Source: Armatimonadota bacterium (lineage in GTDB: Bacteria; Armatimonadota; UBA5829; DSUL01). Taken from it: a stretch of DNA of 64,000 nucleotides. The DNA lies in assembly GCA_039811685.1 (NCBI GenBank), contig JBDHZC010000004.1, positions 1-64,000 on the forward strand, read 5' to 3'. Both the position numbers and the translations under genes were made by a program. The notes beneath the pieces were generated by a model. It made no database searches, had not been told where the DNA came from, and worked only from the letters and a program-made list of their open reading frames with translations. Below, piece after piece: positions 10,148 to 20,849 of the stretch (the stretch's first letter is position 1; each line of letters begins with the position of its first letter).

Positions 10148-10717
10148 ATGTCAAGAATTGGCCTTCTGCCAATAGCCAAACCGAATAATGTGAAGGTGGA
10201 TGTGGGGCAGGGTAACCTGGTGACCGTTGAAGGTCCAAAGGGGAAGTTGAGCCGTAGCCTTTTTTCTCAGCTGGACATTGAACTCACTGAGGGTGAAGTC
10301 AAGGTCAGCCGCAGATCCGACAATCCCGAGCAGCGATCCATGCATGGGCTCACTCGGACGCTTATTGCCAATATGATTGAAGGCGTCAGCAAGGGTTATG
10401 AGAAGGTCCTGGTAATCGGTGGGGTCGGTTATCGCGCCGCCGTAGAAGGCAAGAACCTGGTCTTGCAGGTGGGATACTCACATCCTGTCGTTTTGGCGCC
10501 TCTGGAAGGTGTGGAGTTCGAGGTTGGGCAGGAGCCCGGCTCTCGAGAGCCGGCTATCACGATTCGCGGTATCGACAAAGAGAAAGTGGGTCAGCAAGCC
10601 GCCAAAGTGCGCGCTGTTCGGCCGCCTGAGCCTTACAAGGGTAAGGGTATTCGCTATCGTGGAGAGCAGATTCGTCGCAAGGCCGGAAAGGCTGCGAAGG
10701 CGGGTAAGGGCGGCTAA
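10148..10717 (+). CDS. rplF: 50S ribosomal protein L6
   Basis: [24 protein letters not shown]. Confidence 0.99.
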   Translation: MSRIGLLPIAKPNNVKVDVGQGNLVTVEGPKGKLSRSLFSQLDIELTEGEVKVSRRSDNPEQRSMHGLTRTLIANMIEGVSKGYEKVLVIGGVGYRAAVEGKNLVLQVGYSHPVVLAPLEGVEFEVGQEPGSREPAITIRGIDKEKVGQQAAKVRAVRPPEPYKGKGIRYRGEQIRRKAGKAAKAGKGG

Positions 10718-10811
10718 GAGTTAACCAGACCACTGTGTAGATAAGCGCCTGCTGCTATCGGAGTAAGCGACGCTCGGAGAGGGCGTCCATTCGGTAACCA
10801 TTGAGGGATAA

Positions 10812-11165
10812 ATGAAAAATAAGTTCGAAAAAAGAGAACGCCGTCATCGTCGCGTTCGCAAGAAAGTCTCTGGCGACGCGATGCGCCCGCGGCTGAGTGT
10901 TTTCCGCAGCCTCAACCACATTTACGCCCAGGTGATTGATGACAGCGCGGCTGTGACGCTGGCCAGCGCTTCCACCGTTGAGAAGGACCTTCGCACGGCG
11001 GATGGTGGCAATATCGCAGCGGCCAGAGCGGTAGGCAAGCGAATCGCCGAGCGAGCTAAGGAAGCTGGAATCACTGCGGTAAGGTTTGATCGCGGCGGGT
11101 TCAAGTATCACGGACGGATAGAGAATCTGGCGGATGCCGCGCGCGAGGCGGGGCTGCAGTTTTAG
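10812..11165 (+). CDS. rplR: 50S ribosomal protein L18
   Basis: [39 protein letters not shown]. Confidence 0.99.
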   Translation: MKNKFEKRERRHRRVRKKVSGDAMRPRLSVFRSLNHIYAQVIDDSAAVTLASASTVEKDLRTADGGNIAAARAVGKRIAERAKEAGITAVRFDRGGFKYHGRIENLADAAREAGLQF

Positions 11166-11192
11166 AGTCAGTTTTGGGAGACTGGTAAGTTT

Positions 11193-11870
11193 ATGCCAAA
11201 AATTAACGCAGATGCGCTGAATCTGACCGAGCAGGTCGTGCGCACCAACAAGTGCCAGAAGACCCACAAGGGCGGCCAAACCAGGAGTTGGAACGCTCTT
11301 GTGGCAGTTGGCGACTACAACGGTCACGTCGGAGTTGGACTGGGCAAGGCGCTCGCTATTCCCGATGCCATCCGCAAAGGTGTGGAAGCGGCCAAGAAGA
11401 ACATGCTGAAGGTCACCATCGTCGGCAGCACGATCCCGCATGAGGTTCTTGCTCATTGGGGATCCAGCGAAGTCTTGATGAAGCCAGCCTCCGAAGGAAC
11501 CGGTGTTGTTGCCGGCGGCTCAGTGCGTCCCATTCTGGAGTTGGCCGGCATTAAGGACGTTCTGGCGAAGTCCATCGGATCGCGCAATGCCATCAATACC
11601 GCGTGGGCTACGATGGAGTGCTTTAAGAAGCTCAAGCGCGCCTCAGATGTCAGCCAGCTCAGAGGTATCTCTGTCGAAGAGATGGTTCCGTGGATGATTG
11701 GTATGGAATCGGAGAATGGGCAGGCTCCAGAGTCCGCGGGCGGTGAAGGACAGACTGCTGCTGGTGTGGAGGAGGTCCTTGCGACCGACACAGCGGCTGT
11801 AGCAGTGTCCGTAGAGGAGACCAGTGCGGAAGGCGAGGTCGAGCCTGCGGAAGGTGAGTCCAATGCTTAA
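11193..11870 (+). CDS. rpsE: 30S ribosomal protein S5 with acidic C-terminal extension
   Basis: [36 protein letters not shown]. Confidence 0.97.
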   Translation: MPKINADALNLTEQVVRTNKCQKTHKGGQTRSWNALVAVGDYNGHVGVGLGKALAIPDAIRKGVEAAKKNMLKVTIVGSTIPHEVLAHWGSSEVLMKPASEGTGVVAGGSVRPILELAGIKDVLAKSIGSRNAINTAWATMECFKKLKRASDVSQLRGISVEEMVPWMIGMESENGQAPESAGGEGQTAAGVEEVLATDTAAVAVSVEETSAEGEVEPAEGESNA

Positions 11871-12051
11871 GATCATTCTAAAGAAGAGCCCGATTGGATA
11901 CGAGAAGAGCCAGGGCCGCACAGCGCAGGCTCTCGGACTGCGCAGGCTGAATGCTGAAGTTCTGCAGGCTGATACGCCGGTTATTCGAGGGATGATCCGC
12001 AAAATCCGCCATCTGGTTGAAATTCAAGAAGTCGCGGAAAAGGAGTCCTGA
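11863..12051 (+). CDS. rpmD: 50S ribosomal protein L30
   Basis: [12 protein letters not shown]...ALGLRRLN...[18 protein letters not shown] at 11863. Confidence 0.96.
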   Translation: MLKIILKKSPIGYEKSQGRTAQALGLRRLNAEVLQADTPVIRGMIRKIRHLVEIQEVAEKES

Positions 12052-12052
12052 T

Positions 12053-12646
12053 TTGGAAATCTCTGATCTGAATCCCGCCCCCGGGTCGCGGAAACAGCGC
12101 AAACGCATCGGCAGAGGCATTTCTGCCGGGCAGGGGAAGACATGTGGCCGCGGACACAAGGGCGACAAGGCGCGTGGTCAGAGCAAGCTCGGCTTTGAGG
12201 GTGGGCAAACTCCACTGCATCGCCGTCTGCCTCGCAAGCGCGGCTTCACGAATATATTTCGCCGGCATCTGGCTGAAGTTAATGTCGGCCAGCTCGAAGT
12301 GTTTGACGCGGGCACGGAAGTTACAGCCACACTGCTGCTTGAGCGGCGAATTATTCGCAAGCGGCTGGACGGCCTGAAAATACTGGGCGATGGCAAGCTT
12401 ACCAAGAAACTCACAGTGGTTGCTGAGGCGTTTTCGTGCGGAGCGTTGCGGAAGATTCAGGCCGCGGGTGGAAAAGCCCTGAGTGTCGCAGGTGAGGAAG
12501 TGTCAAGGCCTGCCGATACAGGGAGCGAGGGCCAGGTTGATAAAAGCGGCGAGCTTTCATCGGACGCTGCGTGCCCGGTGACATCTTCTGAAGATCAGAT
12601 AGCCTCCGAGGACGCTTCGGACACAGAGGATACTAAAGAGGCGTAA
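12053..12646 (+). CDS. rplO: 50S ribosomal protein L15 with acidic C-terminal extension
   Basis: TTG start after AAGGAG; RIGRG...[24 protein letters not shown]. Confidence 0.97.
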   Translation: MEISDLNPAPGSRKQRKRIGRGISAGQGKTCGRGHKGDKARGQSKLGFEGGQTPLHRRLPRKRGFTNIFRRHLAEVNVGQLEVFDAGTEVTATLLLERRIIRKRLDGLKILGDGKLTKKLTVVAEAFSCGALRKIQAAGGKALSVAGEEVSRPADTGSEGQVDKSGELSSDAACPVTSSEDQIASEDASDTEDTKEA

Positions 12647-13930
12647 ATGCTCAACAAAGTTGCGCAAGCCACAAAAGCTCAAGATCTGAGAAATCGCCTG
12701 CTCTTTATGCTGGGGATGTTCGCGGTCTACGTTGTCGGTCTGCACATTCCGATCCCGGGAATTGACCACAATGCTATGAACAACCTGGTCAGCTCAGGCG
12801 CGGCTCTTGAGCTTCTGGATGTCTTTTCCGGGGGCGCGTTCAAGCGCTTCACGATCTTTGCGATGGGCATCATGCCCTACATTAACGCCTCCATCATCAT
12901 GTCTCTATTGACGATGGCCGTCCCATATCTGGAGAAGCTTCAGAAGGAGGGGGACACCGGGCGTAAGGAAATCGCGAAGATCACGCGCTATATGACTGTG
13001 GGTCTGGCCTTTATCCAGGCGTTTGGCGTCATCTCATTTCTGCACTCCTACAAGGTGCTGTCCACGCGCGGCAATCAGTATCTTCAGATGCTGTTGATCA
13101 CAATCGTGCTGGTCGCCGGCACATCATTCCTGATGTGGTTGGGTGAGATGATCACCGACAAAGGCATTGGGAATGGCGTGTCGCTGATTATCTTTCTTGG
13201 CATCGTAGCTAGCCTTCCGGTCCAGATCACAAATACGGCGCAGCTCTACTCGGCGGGTTCTGTCAATGGCGGACAAATTGCTCTGCTCCTTGTCATCCTG
13301 TTGGGAACAGTGGCCGCGATTGTCGCCGTTACAATGGCTCAACGGCGTATTCCAATTCAACACGTCAAGCGGGTGATCGGCAACCGGATGACCTCCGGGG
13401 CCAGCAGTTATCTGCCTTTGCGTGTAAATTCTGCTGGTGTCATTCCGATCATTTTCGCCATTTCCATCCAGCTTTTCCCCCAGACAATAGCGCAGTTCAT
13501 GCACGGTAGGGCCTTTGGCGATGTGGCCAAGACTGTCGCGGATTTTCTGTCGCCGGGAAACTGGTTTGGCGGGTTGACGTACTTTCTTCTCGTCGTAGCC
13601 TTCACCTACTTCTACACTGCGGTGACCTTCAATGTACAGGACGTCTCTGACAATCTGAAGAAGTGGGGAAGCTACGTTCCGGGTATCCGTCCTGGCAAGC
13701 CGACCACGGAGTACCTGGATCGAGTCATGACAAGGATCACTCTGGTTGGAGCGATCTTCCTTGGTCTAATCGCCATGTTACCTTACTGGACACCAGAGGT
13801 AACAGGTGTCAGGAGCTTTGGCCTTGTGGGGGGGACTTCGCTGTTGATTCTGGTCGGCGTTGCTCTTGAGACTATGCAGGCAATTGAAGCTCAACTGGTG
13901 ATGAGACACTACGAGGGCTTCATTAAGTAG
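12647..13930 (+). CDS. secY: Preprotein translocase subunit SecY
   Basis: IFAMGIMPYINASII, GIGNGVSLIIF, GVIPIIFA, PGIRPG, GGTSLLI. Confidence 0.99.
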   Translation: MLNKVAQATKAQDLRNRLLFMLGMFAVYVVGLHIPIPGIDHNAMNNLVSSGAALELLDVFSGGAFKRFTIFAMGIMPYINASIIMSLLTMAVPYLEKLQKEGDTGRKEIAKITRYMTVGLAFIQAFGVISFLHSYKVLSTRGNQYLQMLLITIVLVAGTSFLMWLGEMITDKGIGNGVSLIIFLGIVASLPVQITNTAQLYSAGSVNGGQIALLLVILLGTVAAIVAVTMAQRRIPIQHVKRVIGNRMTSGASSYLPLRVNSAGVIPIIFAISIQLFPQTIAQFMHGRAFGDVAKTVADFLSPGNWFGGLTYFLLVVAFTYFYTAVTFNVQDVSDNLKKWGSYVPGIRPGKPTTEYLDRVMTRITLVGAIFLGLIAMLPYWTPEVTGVRSFGLVGGTSLLILVGVALETMQAIEAQLVMRHYEGFIK

Positions 13931-13981
13931 CCCGAAGCGCACCGGTGCGTAGCGGGTGAGAAAGAGCCCGCGCAGGAGCGT

Positions 13982-14641
13982 ATGAACTTCATATTACTTG
14001 GGCCCCCTGGAGTCGGCAAGGGAACGCAGGCTGAGAATCTGGCCGAATCGTGTAAAATCGCGCATATCTCTACAGGTGATATGTTTCGTGACGCAATTGC
14101 GTGCGATACGGAAGTAGGGCGGAAAGCTCAGGCTTATATAGCGGCGGGCGAACTTGTCCCGGACGATGTGGTAATTCAGATTGTTCGGGCGAGGCTTCAT
14201 CAGGAGGATACCAGCGCAGGATTCATTCTGGATGGCTTCCCGAGGACGCTGGAGCAGGCGCAGGCGCTTGATGAGCTTCTAGGGGAGCTGGACAGGCCGA
14301 TAGCCGCAGTTATTGATTTCGAATGGGACGAGGACACGTTGGTGCAGCGCCTGTCAGGACGGCGCGTCTGCAGTCGCTGCGGACACAGCGCGCATGTGGT
14401 GTTTCATCCGCCATGTGTAGAGGGACAGTGTGACAGGTGTGGCGGTCCTCTTGTTCATCGCGAGGACGACGAGCCAGAGGCCATCAGACAAAGGCTCGTG
14501 ACTTATAAACAAAAGACGGCGGCGGTGTCGCAGTATTATGCGGCGAGAGGCTTGCTGGTTGTGGTAGACTCTCACGGGACGGAAAAGCAGGTTTTTGCAA
14601 GAATTGAGGACGCGCTGTCTCAGCGGATAGCCAATGGTTAA
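13982..14641 (+). CDS. adk: Adenylate kinase (Zn-binding LID)
   Basis: GPPGVGKGTQ, HISTGDMFR, LDGFPRT, CSRC/CDRC lid. Confidence 0.98.
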   Translation: MNFILLGPPGVGKGTQAENLAESCKIAHISTGDMFRDAIACDTEVGRKAQAYIAAGELVPDDVVIQIVRARLHQEDTSAGFILDGFPRTLEQAQALDELLGELDRPIAAVIDFEWDEDTLVQRLSGRRVCSRCGHSAHVVFHPPCVEGQCDRCGGPLVHREDDEPEAIRQRLVTYKQKTAAVSQYYAARGLLVVVDSHGTEKQVFARIEDALSQRIANG

Positions 14642-15383
14642 GCTCAAATCTCCAGAGGAGATTGAGAAGATGCGGCGTGCCGGCCGCATTGTCGCCCTTA
14701 CGTTAGGGGAGCTTGCCGCGTCCATCAAGCCCGGCAAGACAACTGGAGACGATCTGGACGCGCTTGCGGAAGCGCTGATAACGCAGGCCGGTGGCTGGCC
14801 GTCGTTCAAGGGCTATAAGGGTTATCCGAAAGCCATTTGCCTCTCGATCAACGATGCGGTAGTACACGGAATACCCGGTCCGCGAGTGCTTCAATCGGGG
14901 GACATCGCTGGCATCGACCTGGGAGTGAAGCTCGACGGTTATCACGCTGACGCTGCGGTGACTGTAGCTGTAGGCCATGCATCAAAAGACGCGGAGAAGC
15001 TTCTGCGTGTCACTCAAGAATCGCTGATGTGCGGTATTGAGAATGCCCGCGAGGGCAGGCGTTTGTTCGACATTGGTCATGCGATTCAGGCGCATGCGGA
15101 GAAGAATAGATTCTCGGTCGTCCGGGAGCTTGTTGGGCATGGCATCGGCCGACAGCTTCACGAGGATCCGCAGGTTCCAAACTACGGGACGGCGGGAGCT
15201 GGGATGCCGCTTGCGCAGGGCATGGCGCTGGCGATTGAACCGATGATCAATCAGGGGACGCAAAAAGTGAAGTCACTGCCGGACAGGTGGACGGTGGTGA
15301 CGGCGGACGGAAAAATGTCGGCGCACTTTGAGCATACAGTTGTCGTCGGGAAGGACAAGGCGGAATTGCTGACGGTCGCCTGA
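14634..15383 (+). CDS. map: Methionine aminopeptidase type I
   Basis: VVHGIP, GHGIG..LHEDP, AIEPM, SAHFEHT. Confidence 0.98.
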   Translation: MVKLKSPEEIEKMRRAGRIVALTLGELAASIKPGKTTGDDLDALAEALITQAGGWPSFKGYKGYPKAICLSINDAVVHGIPGPRVLQSGDIAGIDLGVKLDGYHADAAVTVAVGHASKDAEKLLRVTQESLMCGIENAREGRRLFDIGHAIQAHAEKNRFSVVRELVGHGIGRQLHEDPQVPNYGTAGAGMPLAQGMALAIEPMINQGTQKVKSLPDRWTVVTADGKMSAHFEHTVVVGKDKAELLTVA

Positions 15384-15445
15384 GACTGTCGCACGCAGTA
15401 AGTTACCGGAGGGCACAGACCGGTAAGGAGGCAGGCTAGAGAGTT

Positions 15446-15664
15446 TTGGCAAAAGAGCAAGCCATCCAGGTAGAGGGCAGGGTAACAGAGACTCTTCCGA
15501 ACGCCATGTTCCGGGTGGAGATTCCGAATGGGCACTCGGTACTGGCGCATGTGTCCGGAAAGATCAGGATGAGCTTCATCAAGATCCTTCCCGGAGATCG
15601 GGTTCTGGTGGAGTTGTCTCCGTACGATTTGACGCGCGGCCGGATCCTCTGGCGCTACAAGTAG
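15446..15664 (+). CDS. infA: Translation initiation factor IF-1
   Basis: [33 protein letters not shown]. Confidence 0.99.
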   Translation: MAKEQAIQVEGRVTETLPNAMFRVEIPNGHSVLAHVSGKIRMSFIKILPGDRVLVELSPYDLTRGRILWRYK

Positions 15665-15758
15665 GAAGGTTTATTGAGACACCGCTCGGCGGAGTGTTTA
15701 TCTCCGCGGCCGGATCTGCCAGGTGCGGAACGGATAGGGCGGTGGTTTTGGTGTGAAT

Positions 15759-15872
15759 ATGAAGGTTAGAGCTTCAGTCAAGAAAATGTGTGAAAAATGC
15801 AAGATCATTCGACGTGAAGGCGTCGTCCGTGTGATCTGCAAAAATCCCAAGCACAAGCAGCGCCAGGGCTAG
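15759..15872 (+). CDS. rpmJ: 50S ribosomal protein L36 (not in ORF track)
   Basis: Translated manually: [37 protein letters not shown]. Confidence 0.99.
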   Translation: MKVRASVKKMCEKCKIIRREGVVRVICKNPKHKQRQG

Positions 15873-15912
15873 AGGCCGGTCGCTCGCAGGTATCCCTTCA
15901 AGGAGAGTATCT

Positions 15913-16290
15913 TTGGCACGTATTGCAGGTGTTGATCTCCCGCGAGATAAACGAATTGAGATCGCCCTAACTTACATCTTTGGAGTCGGTCCGACCTCCA
16001 GCGCGAAGGTGCTGGAAGCCGCAGGCGTTGATCCCGACACGCGCGTTCGCGATCTCACTGAGTCAGAAATCAGTCATCTCAGGGAGGTTCTGGAGCGGGA
16101 TTATCGCGTCGAGGGCGACTTGCGCCGGCAGCTGGCGATGAATATTCGTCGCCTGACTGAGATCGGCTGCTATCGAGGAATTCGGCACAGACGCGGGCTG
16201 CCAGTACGTGGGCAGAACACACAGACCAACAGCCGCACTCGCAAGGGTCCGAAGCGCACAGTTGGAGCGAGGCGGAAGAAGAGCAAGTAA
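15913..16290 (+). CDS. rpsM: 30S ribosomal protein S13
   Basis: [31 protein letters not shown]. Confidence 0.99.
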   Translation: MARIAGVDLPRDKRIEIALTYIFGVGPTSSAKVLEAAGVDPDTRVRDLTESEISHLREVLERDYRVEGDLRRQLAMNIRRLTEIGCYRGIRHRRGLPVRGQNTQTNSRTRKGPKRTVGARRKKSK

Positions 16291-16383
16291 CAGTTAGCTG
16301 AGGAGAGCCGGCTCGGTGTGGGGAGGGGAAGAGTACATAGTACTCGGCCCGGATCCGTCTGGCTCGCAGCACTATAGGAGATT

Positions 16384-16785
16384 ATGGCACCCAAGAAACA
16401 ACAACAGACAGGGCGAGGTCGTCAGCGCGAGCGCAAGAACATCGCGCAGGGCGTCGCGCACATCAAGAGCACGTTCAACAACACCATTGTCACTATCAGT
16501 GACACTCAGGGGAATGCCGTGTCGTGGGCCAGCGCCGGGACTGTCGGCTTCAAAGGCACCAAGAAAGGCACGCCCTTTGCAGCGCAGATGGCGGCTGAAT
16601 CTGCGGCTCGTCGGGCTATGGAGCACGGCATGCGGCGTATCGAGGTATTTGTACGTGGCCCGGGCTCCGGTCGCGAGACCGCTATTCGCAGTCTTCAGGC
16701 TGTGGGTTTGGACGTGAGCATGATTAAAGACGTGACGCCGATACCGCACAACGGGTGCAGACCGCCCAAGCGACGGCGAGTTTAG
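16384..16785 (+). CDS. rpsK: 30S ribosomal protein S11
   Basis: [34 protein letters not shown]. Confidence 0.99.
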   Translation: MAPKKQQQTGRGRQRERKNIAQGVAHIKSTFNNTIVTISDTQGNAVSWASAGTVGFKGTKKGTPFAAQMAAESAARRAMEHGMRRIEVFVRGPGSGRETAIRSLQAVGLDVSMIKDVTPIPHNGCRPPKRRRV

Positions 16786-16797
16786 GAGAATTAGTCT

Positions 16798-17433
16798 ATG
16801 GCATCTACTGGCGATCCAGTTTGCAGGTTGTGCCGGCGCGAAGGCGAACGCCTTTACCTCAAGGGAGCGCGTTGCTACGGCAAGAAGTGCCCGTTTTCGA
16901 AGCCGGACATGCCTGTCCCGCCTGGCCAGCACGGTCACGGGCGGCAGGCGAAGCTGTCTAACTACGGGATCCAGCTTCGTGAAAAACAGAAGCTGCGCCG
17001 CATCTACGTCCTTCGCGAAAAGCAGTTCCACAACTACGTGCTGGAAGCCAACCGCCGTACTGGGGTAACCGGTGAGAACCTGTTGCAGATATTGGAGATG
17101 CGGCTGGATAACGTGATCTACAGACTGGGCTTTTCCGCCTCCCGGCTTCAAGCTCGACAGTTTGTCGGACACGGCCATGTCAAAGTCAACGGGCGCCAGG
17201 TAGATATTCCGTCGTATATGGTTCGGCCGGGTGATAAGGTGGAAATCGCAGAAAAGAGCCGCAAAATTGCCCCGCTCCAGGACGCTGTAAAGACAGCCCA
17301 GCTGTCGCGCGTGCCCGAATGGCTTCGAGTGAACCACGATCAGATGGCCGGGGAGGTGCTCGAGGCGCCAAGTCGTCAGCAGATTGATACTGACGTCGAA
17401 GAAGCCCTGATCGTCGAGTTCTACTCCAGGTAA
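16798..17433 (+). CDS. rpsD: 30S ribosomal protein S4 (Zn-type)
   Basis: CRLCRREG, PPGQHG, QLREKQK, LEMRLDNVIYRLG, IVEFYSR. Confidence 0.99.
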   Translation: MASTGDPVCRLCRREGERLYLKGARCYGKKCPFSKPDMPVPPGQHGHGRQAKLSNYGIQLREKQKLRRIYVLREKQFHNYVLEANRRTGVTGENLLQILEMRLDNVIYRLGFSASRLQARQFVGHGHVKVNGRQVDIPSYMVRPGDKVEIAEKSRKIAPLQDAVKTAQLSRVPEWLRVNHDQMAGEVLEAPSRQQIDTDVEEALIVEFYSR

Positions 17434-17540
17434 GACGCCTGGCGACAATACACGCGGCTGCCATGACGGCCGCGGTCCTTCCTGGAGAAAAGGCAAATAT
17501 GTTAACGGCGGAACTAACAGGAGTCAAGAGCGCAATCCCT

Positions 17541-18575
17541 ATGGAGATCGTGACACCAAAAATCCAGATTATTGAAGAGTCAGATACCTATGGCAGGTTT
17601 GTTATCGAGCCGCAGGAGCGAGGCTATGGGACCACCATCGGCAATGCGTTGAGGCGCGTGCTGCTTGCTTCAATTCCGGGCGCGGCTATCACTTCAATCA
17701 AGATTGATGGCGTTTTGCACGAGTTCTCGACGATTCCCGGGGTCAAAGAAGATACCACAGAGTTGATTCTCAATCTGCGGGAAGTCTTCGTGAAGGCAGA
17801 GGCTCAACCTCCGGGCTCCGACGGCGAGACACCGGATCTCTTACTGCGAATCGACAAGAAGGGCCCGGGAGCGGTCACTGGCGCCGACATTCAGACTCCG
17901 CCGGAAGTGGAAGTCGTAAATCCAGAGGCCTATATCTGCACGCTGGCGGATGCGCGAAGCGCTCTTACGATGGAAATGACGGTCGAACGCGGCAAGGGAT
18001 ACGTGCTCCCGGATAAACAGGAGAATGTTAAGCAGACCATCGGAGTTATCCCTGTCGGCAGTGTTTTTACGCCGGTTAGACATGTCAATTATGTGGTTGA
18101 ACAGACGCGTGTTGGACATGAGACAGACTTCGAGCGCCTCATTCTTGAAGTTCAGACGAATGGAAGCGTTACTCCCAGCGAGGCCGTGAGTCAGGCTGCC
18201 CGAATTCTGGATCGCCAGCTTCGGCTGTTCTTTGATTTTAACAAGAAGGGCGGGGCGGATTCGTTCTATGACGAAGATGATCAGCCTGTGCGGCTGGGTC
18301 CCCCGGATGCCCGGATTGAAGAACTGGACTTCTCAGTTCGCACATACAACTGCCTCAAAAAGGCTAATGTTATGACCATCGGAGAGCTTGTCGAGAAGTC
18401 AGAAGGCGATCTAATGCAGATCAGAAACTTCGGAAAGAAGTCTCTCAATGAGGTCAAGGAGAAATTGCAGAGCCTCGGCCAGAGCCTCAAGAAAGGTGCT
18501 CCCGGCGAAGCTGTGGACTTCAGCTACGATGACGAGGATGAGGACGAGGCCGACATTGAGGAGGAGGCAGAATGA
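17541..18575 (+). CDS. rpoA: RNA polymerase subunit alpha
   Basis: ERGYGTTIGNALRRVLL, HEFSTIPGVKED, SVRTYNCLK, RNFGKKSL; start uncertain (17463/17499/17541). Confidence 0.98.
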   Translation: MEIVTPKIQIIEESDTYGRFVIEPQERGYGTTIGNALRRVLLASIPGAAITSIKIDGVLHEFSTIPGVKEDTTELILNLREVFVKAEAQPPGSDGETPDLLLRIDKKGPGAVTGADIQTPPEVEVVNPEAYICTLADARSALTMEMTVERGKGYVLPDKQENVKQTIGVIPVGSVFTPVRHVNYVVEQTRVGHETDFERLILEVQTNGSVTPSEAVSQAARILDRQLRLFFDFNKKGGADSFYDEDDQPVRLGPPDARIEELDFSVRTYNCLKKANVMTIGELVEKSEGDLMQIRNFGKKSLNEVKEKLQSLGQSLKKGAPGEAVDFSYDDEDEDEADIEEEAE

Positions 18576-18925
18576 GACACCGTGTAGGCGGTAGGAAGTT
18601 TGGGCTTCCAAGCGATCAGCGTCGCGCGCTACTCAAATCCCTGATGCGCGCTTTGCTGTCTCACGACTCGATTCAGACTACGGAGACGCGCGCAAAGGAC
18701 GTTAAGATTTTGGTTGAGCGCTGTATTACCACGGCGAAGGGCGGCGATGTGCATGCCCGTCGGCAGATCAGGCGCGCGCTGAATGACGAGACGCTTGTAA
18801 AACGCGTGGTGGACGAGGTTGCGCCGAAGTTCAAGGAGCGCAACGGAGGATATACCCGCATCACGCGACTTGGGCCTCGCCGCGGAGATTCGGCGATGAT
18901 GGTTAAGCTGGAGCTGGTGGACTAG
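18572..18925 (+). CDS. rplQ: 50S ribosomal protein L17
   Basis: MRHR, ITT, RNGGYTRI, RRGDSA. Confidence 0.98.
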   Translation: MRHRVGGRKFGLPSDQRRALLKSLMRALLSHDSIQTTETRAKDVKILVERCITTAKGGDVHARRQIRRALNDETLVKRVVDEVAPKFKERNGGYTRITRLGPRRGDSAMMVKLELVD

Positions 18926-18936
18926 CCGATCGTCCC

Positions 18937-19704
18937 TTGAGTCTCACACCTGGGCCGGAAGTAGCCAGCCGGAATGTCAGGCTGATCGTTCACTACGACG
19001 GTTCCGGATTCGCAGGTTTTCAGATACAGCCACGAGCCAGGACCGTGCAGGGAGAGTTGGAAAGGGCTGTTTCCGCTCTCACCGGGTCCAGAGTTCGCAT
19101 AATTGGCGCAGGCAGAACGGACGCCGGTGTCCATGCGCGCGGGCAGGTTGTGAACTTTCGGCTTCCGGGTGCAGTCCCGATAGGGCGAGTTCAGGACGCC
19201 TTGAACAGGGGATTGCCACCGGATATCGCTGTTTTGGATGTGGCAGAAGCCCCACCCGAGTTTCACGCTCGGTTCGACGCGATATCGCGAATATACGAAT
19301 ACACAATACTCAACTGCGATGTGCGGGATGTGCTGCAATCGCGGTATGTCTGGCACATCCGGAGCAAACTGGACGTGCCGCTGATGCGGCAGGCATCTGA
19401 GCTGTTCTTGGGAACGCACGATTTTTCTGCCTTTGGAGTGGCGGAAAAGGGCAGGTCTCCGCTTCGAGACCTGATGACCCTTGAAGTGCGCTCCGACAAT
19501 GGGCGCGTGTGCATTGTTTGCCAGGCTAATGCGTTTCTCCAGCATATGGCGCGAGGAACTGTGGGAGCGCTGGTGGATGTCGGAACCGGGCGCAAAAGAG
19601 TCGACTCTATTGCTGCGGCGCTTGAGCGGCCGACGGAGTCAGAAGAGTTTACGATTGCTCCACCGATGGGTCTGTGTCTGACCCGGGTGGAGTATCTGAG
19701 TTGA
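18937..19704 (+). CDS. truA: tRNA pseudouridine(38-40) synthase
   Basis: YDGSGFAGFQ, AGRTDAGVHA, FHARF, GTHDFSAF. Confidence 0.97.
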   Translation: MSLTPGPEVASRNVRLIVHYDGSGFAGFQIQPRARTVQGELERAVSALTGSRVRIIGAGRTDAGVHARGQVVNFRLPGAVPIGRVQDALNRGLPPDIAVLDVAEAPPEFHARFDAISRIYEYTILNCDVRDVLQSRYVWHIRSKLDVPLMRQASELFLGTHDFSAFGVAEKGRSPLRDLMTLEVRSDNGRVCIVCQANAFLQHMARGTVGALVDVGTGRKRVDSIAAALERPTESEEFTIAPPMGLCLTRVEYLS

Positions 19705-19757
19705 AGGTGTGGTAGCGGCCGTAAGGGTCCAGTTGCTGCCCTGTGGACGGAGACAGA

Positions 19758-20183
19758 ATGATAACGAAGAGTGTTAAGCCTGCGGATGTGAAGAGGCGCT
19801 GGGTATTGTTCGATGCTGCCGGAGTGCCACTCGGGCGACTGGCGATCGAAGTCGCCAAATATTTGCGAGGCAAGTACAAACCGGATTTTACGCCGCATGT
19901 GGATTGTGGCGATTTCGTCATCGTTACTAATGCCTCACAGGTAGTGATGACGGGTAACAAGGGCGAAGAGCGCATTTACCGTCACACGGGATACCCTGGT
20001 GGAATCCGCAGCCGTACACGCAGCGAGTTTTTGGCGAAATTCCCGGACAGGGCTGTAGAGCGCACAATCAAAGGCATGCTCCCGCACACCAAACTGGGAG
20101 ACGCCATCGGTCGCAAGCTGAAAGTTTACGCGGGCGCAGAGCATCCTCACGAAGCTCAGCAGCCTGAGAAGATAGAGCTTTAG
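19758..20183 (+). CDS. rplM: 50S ribosomal protein L13
   Basis: LGRLA, KPDFTPHVDCGD, YRHTGYPGG, HPHEAQQP. Confidence 0.99.
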   Translation: MITKSVKPADVKRRWVLFDAAGVPLGRLAIEVAKYLRGKYKPDFTPHVDCGDFVIVTNASQVVMTGNKGEERIYRHTGYPGGIRSRTRSEFLAKFPDRAVERTIKGMLPHTKLGDAIGRKLKVYAGAEHPHEAQQPEKIEL

Positions 20184-20198
20184 CAAAAGCAGGCACAG

Positions 20199-20204
20199 TA
20201 TAAT
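20199..20204 (+). promoter_or_regulatory. Possible internal sigma70 -10 element (TATAAT) before rpsI
   Basis: Perfect TATAAT in the rplM-rpsI spacer; no good -35 found. Confidence 0.35.
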
Positions 20205-20253
20205 GCTCGCAGGAGACTTTTTGTGAAGGTGCGGGCACGGAGGAGCAACGCGT

Positions 20254-20646
20254 TTGGACGAAGCAAAATACTATGCAACGGGACGGCGTAAGAACGCTAT
20301 TGCCAAGGTCTGGCTGAGCCCGGGCGAAGGCAACGTTACGATCAATGGCAAACCGCTACAGGATTATGTCGGGCGGAGGGCCCTGGAGCTGCTGGTCATG
20401 CAGCCTTTTGAGATTACTGAGACTGTTGGCCGCTATGATGTCGTCGCCAAATGCCTGGGTGGCGGCAAGGCAGGACAGGCCGGTGCAGTCCGGCACGGTA
20501 TTTCACGTGCTTTGTCTGAGGCTGGCTCCGATTTGCGTACCCCGCTGCGCCGGCTGGGCTATCTCACGCGAGATCCGCGTGTCAAAGAACGCAAAAAGTA
20601 CGGCTTGAAGAGAGCCCGCCGGGCCTTCCAGTTCTCCAAACGCTAA
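20254..20646 (+). CDS. rpsI: 30S ribosomal protein S9
   Basis: [42 protein letters not shown]. Confidence 0.99.
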   Translation: MDEAKYYATGRRKNAIAKVWLSPGEGNVTINGKPLQDYVGRRALELLVMQPFEITETVGRYDVVAKCLGGGKAGQAGAVRHGISRALSEAGSDLRTPLRRLGYLTRDPRVKERKKYGLKRARRAFQFSKR

Positions 20647-20754
20647 GTCTGCCAGAAGGTCGGATAGATGCCGCGCCAACTCCGTATTGAACCTGCGGCG
20701 TCGGTGGCAGAGTCCGTAGAAATGCGCAGATTCGCCTGTTGTTTGAATAACCCT

Positions 20755-20783
20755 GCAGGAACAGCGCCAGTAATGCCGAAAAT
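20755..20783 (+). promoter_or_regulatory. Possible alternative-sigma (SigH-like) promoter for the NlpC/P60 gene
   Basis: GCAGGAACA-N11-GCCGAAAAT resembles the Bacillus SigH consensus RNAGGAWWW-N11/12-RNNGAATWW. Confidence 0.35.
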
Positions 20784-20849
20784 GAGCTTGGGATAATATC
20801 TCGAGCGATCGAGGGAATATCGCCCTGGAGATTTCGGTTCTTGGTTGTT

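Noticed and set aside
268..20608. Many long antisense or alternative-frame ORFs over ribosomal genes (e.g. 268-1035, 1784-2734, 4442-5302, 16372-17496)
   Set aside because: Shadow ORFs expected opposite conserved GC-rich coding sequence; no recognisable motifs.
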